Positions 27,762 to 33,662 of a stretch of 33,662 bases of DNA are shown here, piece after piece; position 1 is the stretch's first letter, and each line of letters opens with the position of its first letter. The position numbers and the translations under genes are program-made. The stretch is from a virus (taxonomy: Duplodnaviria; Caudoviricetes), in the IMG/VR virus record IMGVR_UViG_3300032258_000007, positions 1 to 33,662 of that record. The stretch is one strand, 5' to 3'. The notes under the pieces were generated by a model, which did not search any database, had not been told where the DNA came from, and saw only the letters and a list, made by a program, of their open reading frames with translations.

Positions 27762-27979
27762 AATGCAATCACCAAACCTGCTACACCTACTACAAGTATA
27801 ACCGTATTAGTTACAATCATTGCAGGTTCTTTCCAAATGATTGAAACAATCAGCCACATAAATCCACCCAGTGACAACGCAATAGCGCCAGCAGGGTAGA
27901 TATTAAATGAGTTGAGACCAGTACCGACAATCAGTACAACTGTAGCAACCCATTTAAGATATGTGGCTAATTTAATCAT
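27758..27979 (-). CDS. small membrane protein (3 TM; DUF6552-like)
   Basis: LKW.AT...I.G..L.S.NIYP.......G...W..V...W.E...IV.N pattern, common in T4-like phages. Family name recalled, not verified. Confidence 0.7.
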   Translation of the reverse strand: MIKLATYLKWVATVVLIVGTGLNSFNIYPAGAIALSLGGFMWLIVSIIWKEPAMIVTNTVILVVGVAGLVIAL

Positions 27980-28350
27980 AGTTCCTTAAAAGCTTCATCA
28001 ATCTTTTCGTTCAAGTCAATGTCAATCATATCGAGAACAATGTCAAGAACAGTGATTGAATCCTCTTTGTTCATTCCAACTTTGTAATTCTTGTGGTTAT
28101 TCAGGAACAGCTTTCCGGAAAGTGTTGGACACTGCATCGGGCCAGTAAATGTACCATTGAACTCATCCTCATAGTCATCTTGAACACTTCGGGTTTTATT
28201 CCAGTCAATACCGAACTGTTTGATCTCCTTGCGCATACGGCCATCAAGGACAGGAGATTTTTCATAGCGTCCGCCATAATAACTCCATTCTTTGTAAACA
28301 GATCCGTTTTTCAACAGGTACAACCACATTAATTTTTCAGATTTTTTCAT
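27976..28350 (-). CDS. hypothetical protein (~124 aa)
   Basis: ATG at 28350 with a GAGG RBS, just after the upstream stop. Confidence 0.75.
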   Translation of the reverse strand: MKKSEKLMWLYLLKNGSVYKEWSYYGGRYEKSPVLDGRMRKEIKQFGIDWNKTRSVQDDYEDEFNGTFTGPMQCPTLSGKLFLNNHKNYKVGMNKEDSITVLDIVLDMIDIDLNEKIDEAFKEL

Positions 28351-28351
28351 T

Positions 28352-28771
28352 TTATACCTCGAGTTCAACAATAGAGAAGTTAGATGAAACCTTTTTAGCC
28401 TTGGTTGTCATTGCTCTGGTTGTTGACAGCTGTGTTTTTGCACGTTTAAGGGCACGTTCAGTGCGCTTCAGATTAGAATTCGCTTCACGAATGAGGTATT
28501 TCCGATTCAGTTCTTCGGCTGCCTCAACATCACCTTTGGCTTCAGCTACAACCTTTTCAGCTTTGTAAACAGCCTTGAGGTATTTTTCTTCCTCAAGTTC
28601 AAGTTGTTCAATTTTGGAATAGTCAACCTTTCGAACAACCTTGTCAAGAACATCCTCAGCTTCTTCTCGGGAGAAGATTAAAATTGGCTTATCACCAACT
28701 GTAGGTTCAAAAAAGTTTGTTTTTGAGACGTACTTATTTGATTCGGTGTTCTTGACAATGTATGCTTTCAT
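28352..28771 (-). CDS. hypothetical coiled-coil protein, first gene after an early promoter
   Basis: AGGAG RBS and heptad-like Lys/Glu/Ala helix. Confidence 0.8.
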   Translation of the reverse strand: MKAYIVKNTESNKYVSKTNFFEPTVGDKPILIFSREEAEDVLDKVVRKVDYSKIEQLELEEEKYLKAVYKAEKVVAEAKGDVEAAEELNRKYLIREANSNLKRTERALKRAKTQLSTTRAMTTKAKKVSSNFSIVELEV

Positions 28772-28797
28772 CTGTATCTCCTATTTCCTATATGATA

Positions 28798-28826
28798 ATT
28801 CTATCAGGAAATGCAGATGCTGTCAA
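28798..28826 (-). promoter_or_regulatory. strong sigma70 early promoter TTGACA-17-TAGAAT (copy 1), upstream of the YPE-tail array operon
   Basis: aaaatgg TTGACA gcatctgcatttcctga TAGAAT ... ggaaataggagat. Confidence 0.85.
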
Positions 28827-28849
28827 CCATTTTGTTCATTTTTGTTCAT

Positions 28850-29131
28850 TTATTTGAACTCGGTAAGAACCTTTTCCTTCACAACCTCGAGTTTTTCTGC
28901 ATTATAAATTTCATAAAGATCAAAGTATTCTCTCCGTGTGAGAATATCGTCCTCAAGAAATACTTTCAGCTTTTTATTCACACCTGGGCTCTCTTTTGCC
29001 ATATCAGCAACAGTAACATATGTACTGGCTGAAACTTCTAGGTTTTTGGAGTCGAGTATGCCAAAAGCAGCAGCACTCACAGTAAAAATAAAAAACATAG
29101 CAAGGATCATATTATATCCGGCATTATTCAT
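28850..29131 (-). CDS. hypothetical protein with N-terminal TM/signal
   Basis: Hydrophobic N-terminus, GGAG RBS and ATGA overlap. Confidence 0.75.
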   Translation of the reverse strand: MNNAGYNMILAMFFIFTVSAAAFGILDSKNLEVSASTYVTVADMAKESPGVNKKLKVFLEDDILTRREYFDLYEIYNAEKLEVVKEKVLTEFK

Positions 29132-29580
29132 TTTGTTTTCTCCAGAGCTTCTTGAAGCTGTTTTAGTTTTGCTTCTGCAACTTTCACATCATGCAAGTTT
29201 TTCTCAAGGGTTTTTTCTTTCGCCTTGTTTAATTCAGCCTGCACAGTAACTTCGATAGCAGCATCAAGTTCTTCATCCTGCATATCGAGATACTCAACAG
29301 GGAATTCCATATAGAATTCTTCTTCTGTTCCACCCCACCACATGGTTGATTTCACAGTAACGGTATCTGCACAAATTCCAAATGAGTCATAACACCCATC
29401 ATATATATGGCCAGAGTATTTCAAGCTGCTACTGAAATTTGGAATATTGTGATAGGGCTTGCGAGAATTCTCGATTCTCTCAGCAATTTCTTTGACGCGG
29501 GGCTCTAACTCTGCCACAATTTTATCAACAGCCAGTTGAGCATCTGAGAGTTCTTGTGTTCGTTCTTTATAAGTTTTCAT
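29128..29580 (-). CDS. hypothetical protein (~150 aa, coiled-coil ends)
   Basis: The ATG at 29580 (MKTYKER) has a GAGGT RBS; the longer track ORF overlaps the upstream gene. Confidence 0.75.
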   Translation of the reverse strand: MKTYKERTQELSDAQLAVDKIVAELEPRVKEIAERIENSRKPYHNIPNFSSSLKYSGHIYDGCYDSFGICADTVTVKSTMWWGGTEEEFYMEFPVEYLDMQDEELDAAIEVTVQAELNKAKEKTLEKNLHDVKVAEAKLKQLQEALEKTK

Positions 29581-29584
29581 TCTT

Positions 29585-29830
29585 TCACCTCGGTCCAAAA
29601 GTTCTGTATTGTGATACGGCAATTGTGTCCCATTCCTTACCAGGAAGCACAATGAAATTATCGTCGTAGATTTCTAAGAATCCATGAAGTGTTCCATTCC
29701 AAACAAGAACATTACGGTCTGATAAGATATCCTCGTTTGGGTGAACCTCAACTTCACAGTGAGGGGCTAACTTGTCCCAAAGCTTCTGATCTGCTCCGTG
29801 CCAAAAGTAAATATACCACTTATTTTTCAT
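29585..29830 (-). CDS. hypothetical protein (81 aa)
   Basis: In-operon ORF with an RBS. Confidence 0.7.
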   Translation of the reverse strand: MKNKWYIYFWHGADQKLWDKLAPHCEVEVHPNEDILSDRNVLVWNGTLHGFLEIYDDNFIVLPGKEWDTIAVSQYRTFGPR

Positions 29831-30041
29831 CCTTCACCTCCGGAACAAATTTCCATTCTAGAACACAATTCTGTGATCTTGGTAGGTCCTTTTCACACTC
29901 GAATTTAGCTTTATTCATGGCAACCTGCTCTGAGTGCTGATGTATTGTCTTACCTATAACCATACCAGCCAGCACCAGAACCAACATCGCACCAACAGCT
30001 AAAATCTTACCACTTTTTGTAAGTATTTCCATTTCCATCAT
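29820..30041 (-). CDS. small membrane-anchored protein (CEKDLPRSQNC)
   Basis: One TM helix followed by a C-x9-C motif often seen in phage early regions. Confidence 0.7.
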   Translation of the reverse strand: MMEMEILTKSGKILAVGAMLVLVLAGMVIGKTIHQHSEQVAMNKAKFECEKDLPRSQNCVLEWKFVPEVKDEK

Positions 30042-30220
30042 TAACCCCTAAACTGCTTTTCAATTCTCTTGTGTTCGCGTCCCAACTGGAACGAAGCTGA
30101 TAAACAGAATGCCATAATATACATCTGAATATCAGTAATTGTCCAAGCTGTGGCCATAACCAACCCCGCAACGAAAAATGTAAGGGTAGTTAGAACCATC
30201 ACTGTTGTTTTATCTGTCAT
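30041..30220 (-). CDS. small membrane protein (2 TM)
   Basis: AAAGGAG RBS before the ATG at 30220. Confidence 0.7.
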   Translation of the reverse strand: MTDKTTVMVLTTLTFFVAGLVMATAWTITDIQMYIMAFCLSASFQLGREHKRIEKQFRG

Positions 30221-30233
30221 TTCATTTTCTCCT

Positions 30234-30437
30234 TTATTCATTAACCCATGCTATTGCTTCCCATCGAAGGAACTCACTTCCGACAACGTTTTCATATCCG
30301 GCTTTCTTATATTCATAACGAATTGTAGCGGTTTCCCACCATCTCCATTCACCATTAATACATCGAGGAAAAAGCAAGAACTTTGTCTTTTCCAAAATGT
30401 CTTCAAACTCTGGTGATTTTTTAGATTTCCAACGCAT
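30234..30437 (-). CDS. hypothetical protein, paralog 1 of the FP.CINGEWRW.ETAT.RY pair
   Basis: The ATG at 30437 (MRWK) has an AAGGAG RBS; aligns with 30489-30686. Confidence 0.8.
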   Translation of the reverse strand: MRWKSKKSPEFEDILEKTKFLLFPRCINGEWRWWETATIRYEYKKAGYENVVGSEFLRWEAIAWVNE

Positions 30438-30488
30438 AAATATCTCCTTTTTGTAATGGAAGGGTGCGAAGTGCACTATTAGTACTCA

Positions 30489-30686
30489 TTAATCCGCCCA
30501 CTCCTTTAACTCCCAGCGAAGGTAGCCGCTGCAAGTATCATAATCGACATATTCTACACATTCATAACGAAGTGTTGCTGTTTCCATCCATCTCCATTCA
30601 CCATTAATACATAGAGGAAAAATCAAGAACAATTCCTCTTCCTTGATATCTCCAACCTCTCGCTTCTTTTTAGCTTGCCAACGCAT
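30489..30686 (-). CDS. hypothetical protein, paralog 2 of the FP.CINGEWRW.ETAT.RY pair
   Basis: The ATG at 30686 (MRWQ) has an AGGAG RBS. Confidence 0.8.
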   Translation of the reverse strand: MRWQAKKKREVGDIKEEELFLIFPLCINGEWRWMETATLRYECVEYVDYDTCSGYLRWELKEWAD

Positions 30687-30694
30687 TTGAACTC

Positions 30695-30904
30695 CTATTT
30701 CCAACCGTACTCTAGGTCGCGCACGCGAGTCAGAGCAGCAGTGTAATCTTTAAAGTTCTCCCATTCACCACCGCAGTGATAAACAACTCGAACTTCATTT
30801 AGTGAATGGTGTGGAATTTCCTTCACAATTCCATTCTCGGTAGGACCGTGAATTGGGTTGTAGTGAACCTTATCACCAACTTTAATCTTAGCAATATCAA
30901 TCAT
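30695..30904 (-). CDS. hypothetical SH3-like small protein (KVGDKVHY.P)
   Basis: KVGDKV.Y......ENGIVK...V.VVY.C pattern. Confidence 0.75.
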   Translation of the reverse strand: MIDIAKIKVGDKVHYNPIHGPTENGIVKEIPHHSLNEVRVVYHCGGEWENFKDYTAALTRVRDLEYGWK

Positions 30905-31341
30905 CTAATAACCTCTCTGGCTCTCTCCTGAGCCAACTGCTCAAGGTACTGATCATATTCGGATTTTCTTCTCTTTGCTGTTTTGAGAACTTCTTCAAGC
31001 TCCTCAATACTGAATGATAATTCCTCAGTAATAGGACCTGACCATCTCGAGCAATCTTCGTACAAGAAAGCAACTTCACCATCGTGTTCAATATGAACCC
31101 GTTCGTTCAGAATTTCCTCTTCACTAAAGTTATAGGTTGGCCATGTGGTTTCCCACAACTCAGCCCTGAAATTAAAATCATCTATACGATAATTAGACTC
31201 AGTAAGATGAATCTTGAACTTCTCGATTGCAGCTTCTGAACTAACAGCAATAACTTCAGCTTCAACGAAGTTAGTACTAAATGGACCCGTTTCGGCTCTG
31301 ACAATATATCTTTCAGTTTTGGTTTCAGTTGTTTCAGTCAT
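30901..31341 (-). CDS. hypothetical acidic protein (~146 aa)
   Basis: ATG at 31341 with an AAGGTGG RBS. Confidence 0.75.
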   Translation of the reverse strand: MTETTETKTERYIVRAETGPFSTNFVEAEVIAVSSEAAIEKFKIHLTESNYRIDDFNFRAELWETTWPTYNFSEEEILNERVHIEHDGEVAFLYEDCSRWSGPITEELSFSIEELEEVLKTAKRRKSEYDQYLEQLAQERAREVIR

Positions 31342-31371
31342 GATTTTCCACCTTCTCACAAAGAGCTTTGT

Positions 31372-31557
31372 TCATGGGTACTCTCTATTTGTCGCGCGTA
31401 CCGCGGTAGTTACATATCCGTTGATATATTTATCTGATGCACCGAGAGCCGCCTTTAGATGATTGAGGAGATATTCAGTTGATTTCTCACCTCGAGTAAT
31501 CCAGCCGAGAGCCATATCTCTTTCTGCATCAGCTACACCTTTATCATAATCAGACAT
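31372..31557 (-). CDS. hypothetical protein (DY.KG..D...Y..GY), first gene after an early promoter
   Basis: AGGAG RBS, directly downstream of promoter copy 2. Confidence 0.75.
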   Translation of the reverse strand: MSDYDKGVADAERDMALGWITRGEKSTEYLLNHLKAALGASDKYINGYVTTAVRATNREYP

Positions 31558-31583
31558 GTTAATCTCCTATTTCCAATAGGTTT

Positions 31584-31612
31584 ATTCTATCAGGAAATTA
31601 CCATGCTGTCAA
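31584..31612 (-). promoter_or_regulatory. strong sigma70 early promoter TTGACA-17-TAGAAT (copy 2)
   Basis: aaaatgg TTGACA gcatggtaatttcctga TAGAAT ... ggaaataggagat. Confidence 0.85.
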
Positions 31613-31636
31613 CCATTTTTTTAGCATTTTCGGACT

Positions 31637-31658
31637 AAAAAGCCACCCGAAGGTGGCT
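31637..31658 (-). terminator. Rho-independent terminator after the thyX operon
   Basis: The minus strand reads AGCCACC-TTCG-GGTGGCT-TTTT. Confidence 0.85.
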
Positions 31659-31663
31659 AATTA

Positions 31664-31864
31664 TTAAACAAGCTGTGAGGTTACAATCTTATCCATATTC
31701 ACGTAGGGAACTCCCTTCTGAACCTTAACTCTTCGGCCGAAGTGGAACTCATAAAGTGCAGGTCGACCTCGGTAGTTGGTTCCGGCAATTTTCATATCTT
31801 CACCGTTCCTGATACTATGAAGCATCCCGTAGGTTGGGTTTACTCTGGTAATATTCTTTTTCAT
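31664..31864 (-). CDS. hypothetical protein (66 aa)
   Basis: AAGGAG RBS and ATGA overlap with thyX. Confidence 0.7.
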   Translation of the reverse strand: MKKNITRVNPTYGMLHSIRNGEDMKIAGTNYRGRPALYEFHFGRRVKVQKGVPYVNMDKIVTSQLV

Positions 31865-32544
31865 TTGATCTCCTTCTGTGCGTATTGTTCTGTTAATGGG
31901 AAGATTTCGCTGATCGCCTTTGCGACAGCTCGAGCAACTTCCATATGCTCTTCTTGTGTTCCGTTTCCAGCCCTCAGCTCAATGTAATGAATCCATGAAC
32001 GGATGGTACCCTGCATGTACATTCTGGACTTAGTAAGTCCCTCAGGGAGAACGGCACGTGCCTGCTCTTTAGCAATACCCTTCTCGATTGCCTGGTCGTA
32101 CACATCTTTAATAATCTTGGTGACGTATTTCTGTTGAGCATCCCACCACGCAGCCATTTCTACATCGTTTGACTTGATACTGTTCTGTCGGTTGACTGGG
32201 TCTTGCATTCGGAGTTCTCGAACCACGAATGCTTCATCCATATCCTGTGGGTTAGCATAGCGCTGGGAGAATTCCTGGAAGCTGAATGAGCGATGTCGAA
32301 GAATCTGGCGTGCGATATCTCGAGTGGTCTCAATTTCTAATGTCGCTGAAGCCATCTCGAATGGACTCCAGTGTTTATGCTTTGCGAGATAGTTCAGTAA
32401 TTTCTCACTGGTCTCTTTGTTAATCTGATTTGATGGATTGGAAACTCGTGCACAATATGCAATCAGGTCTTGAACATTATCGAGCTGGAGTTCTTCCTTT
32501 ACACCATCTGCTGGTTGTGTATAACCGATAAGACGTACTTTCAA
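31861..32544 (-). CDS. thyX: flavin-dependent thymidylate synthase (TTG start)
   Basis: AYCARVSNP, H.HWSPFE, RQILRHRSFSFQEFSQRY (ThyX motif), AKEQARAVLP, TQ.EH. Confidence 0.96.
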   Translation of the reverse strand: MKVRLIGYTQPADGVKEELQLDNVQDLIAYCARVSNPSNQINKETSEKLLNYLAKHKHWSPFEMASATLEIETTRDIARQILRHRSFSFQEFSQRYANPQDMDEAFVVRELRMQDPVNRQNSIKSNDVEMAAWWDAQQKYVTKIIKDVYDQAIEKGIAKEQARAVLPEGLTKSRMYMQGTIRSWIHYIELRAGNGTQEEHMEVARAVAKAISEIFPLTEQYAQKEIK

Positions 32545-32570
32545 TACAGGCTCCTTTTGTAATTTAGATA

Positions 32571-32593
32571 ATTATAACAGGCTCCTGATTAAG
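32571..32593 (-). promoter_or_regulatory. putative middle-type promoter CTTAA-n12-TATAAT upstream of thyX
   Basis: The minus strand reads ttCTTAA tcaggagcctgt TATAAT. Confidence 0.6.
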
Positions 32594-32604
32594 AATACTA
32601 CATT

Positions 32605-33030
32605 TTAGAACTCGTACTGTTTCTCCGCTTTGTTAATTTGCATAAATGCCATGTTCTTTAAAATCTCTTCAGGTGTCTTTTTGTTCCAGCTGTACCAACC
32701 GAACAATCTAAGTGCACCGTACATCAAATACGCTCTGACAATATCAACACCATTATCTCTAAGCATAACAAGAAATAACTTATCTGCTGCTTCCCTGGAC
32801 ATGATTTGTGACTTGTACAAGCCGTCGTGGATGATTGCAGACCCAATGAACTCACCAGAGTTAGGGCATCCGATTGTGCTCCAGAAATATCTAGGGATTG
32901 AAGCACCATTTATTATCAAGCCAGGAAGAGCAGTAATCAGAGTTCTATTATGATAAAATGATAATGTACTAACCAGCTTAGAGTTCTTTTTATCTATGCG
33001 TTCTAGAATTGTTTTGCCACCGAAAGACAT
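32605..33030 (-). CDS. DUF1353-family protein
   Basis: GASIPR.FWS..G.P, AIIHD.LY, R..AD.LF...L...GV, MY.A.R.FG. Confidence 0.85.
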   Translation of the reverse strand: MSFGGKTILERIDKKNSKLVSTLSFYHNRTLITALPGLIINGASIPRYFWSTIGCPNSGEFIGSAIIHDGLYKSQIMSREAADKLFLVMLRDNGVDIVRAYLMYGALRLFGWYSWNKKTPEEILKNMAFMQINKAEKQYEF

Positions 33031-33374
33031 TACTTATCCTTCTTCCCAGATTCCCAAGCTTCCTTGCCGTAGAAGGCAGCTACAATAGCAGCAACAGATA
33101 CGAAGTAAGTAGGAGCGATACCCTGCAGTGCAGTAACAGCAGCAGGAAGAACACAGTAAGCAGCTGCAAAGATAAAGATAGGATACAACAGCATACCGAA
33201 CAATGCAAACCACGCCATGTGACGTTGAGCATCTCGGGTGTTATCTTCATCTTCTAGTCTTTTCAATTTTGCATTCTCATCGATAGCTGTCGACAGTTCA
33301 GACTCGGCAATATGCCCGTCTCCGTTCTTATCAGCTTTTAGTGTTTGTGCGTTTTCATCAATGGTCATTGTCAT
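33030..33374 (-). CDS. holin-like membrane protein with an N-terminal EF-hand-like loop
   Basis: DKNGDGHIAESE loop, two TM segments, basic C-terminus and a late promoter upstream. Confidence 0.55.
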   Translation of the reverse strand: MTMTIDENAQTLKADKNGDGHIAESELSTAIDENAKLKRLEDEDNTRDAQRHMAWFALFGMLLYPIFIFAAAYCVLPAAVTALQGIAPTYFVSVAAIVAAFYGKEAWESGKKDK

Positions 33375-33395
33375 AGCCTCAACCTCTTATTGGAC

Positions 33396-33403
33396 TATTT
33401 ATA
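33396..33403 (-). promoter_or_regulatory. T4-type late promoter TATAAATA
   Basis: Exact match upstream of 33374. Confidence 0.7.
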
Positions 33404-33416
33404 CAAAAACCTAAAA

Positions 33417-33662
33417 TCAGCTGTTTCTTAAACTCCGGATATCTATTCGCTCAGGACCAAAGAATTGGAATCCGGGTAGAGCTGATCTGTACTCTACAAG
33501 GTCAGAGTTATAAGGATAAGCGAACATCTTAGTTTTAATCTTCTGCATCTCAAAAGTTGCAATCATATTCTGTACTTCGTGTTTAGCTACTTGGACTCTC
33601 TCGATCATTCTAAGACCTGACAGATCAGGATGTGTATGAGAATGGCCGCCAATAAATGAATC
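33417..33662 (-). CDS. polysaccharide deacetylase (NodB/CE4-like), C-terminal part (runs off the window edge)
   Basis: The frame stays open to the edge: DSFIGGHSHTHPDLSGL...FAYPYN, matching CE4 motifs H(S/T)xxH and FAYPY. The track ORF starts at an internal Met. Confidence 0.75.
   Translation of the reverse strand, partial: DSFIGGHSHTHPDLSGLRMIERVQVAKHEVQNMIATFEMQKIKTKMFAYPYNSDLVEYRSALPGFQFFGPERIDIRSLRNS

Noticed and set aside
28828-28856. Short tandem repeat TTTGTTCATT x2 upstream of promoter copy 1
   Set aside because: Only two copies and absent at copy 2; adequately explained as an A-tract UP element.
31372-31390. C-terminus NREYP as a 13th YPE-tail member
   Set aside because: It stops at YP, lacks E-x-F-(I/L), and lies outside the array; likely chance.
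32546-32585. Direct repeat ACAGGCTCC in the thyX promoter spacer and RBS
   Set aside because: Only 9 nt and it includes the SD; too short to claim an operator.
1-33662. tRNA, rRNA, integrase or transposase genes
   Set aside because: None recognised by eye. Intergenic gaps are short and explained by promoters or terminators; a tRNAscan/Infernal run would be needed to exclude small RNAs fully.

Overview
33.7 kb of a large T4-like (Tevenvirinae/Eucampyvirinae-style) myophage genome. From left to right it holds: (i) nucleotide metabolism on the minus strand (partial dCMP deaminase, nrdA, nrdB); (ii) a minus-strand baseplate/tail block (gp6, gp25, PAAR, gp5 without lysozyme, gp27, gp53, gp48, a tape-measure-like protein with an M15 peptidase, two gp26/gp51-like genes); (iii) a plus-strand block of gp19-like tube genes, gp2, gp21, gp22 and gp23, with T4-type TATAAATA late promoters; (iv) a minus-strand accessory region of small ORFs, then thyX, a DUF1353-like gene, a holin-like gene and a partial NodB-type deacetylase. 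The standout is 25007-27761: 12 consecutive small genes from at least three unrelated sequence families that all end in the peptide (Y/F/R)PE-x-(F/C)-(I/L/V)-stop. The tail is encoded by a conserved ~21-nt junction that also carries the Shine-Dalgarno and ATGA overlap for the next gene. Nine of the 12 genes carry a C-x(3-8)-C-x(2-3)-C-x5-C metal/Fe-S-like motif. Three distinct promoter classes are visible, including a CTTAAwCAG-n8-TATAAT class upstream of nucleotide-metabolism genes. All product calls come from motif recognition and synteny by eye; no database search was run.
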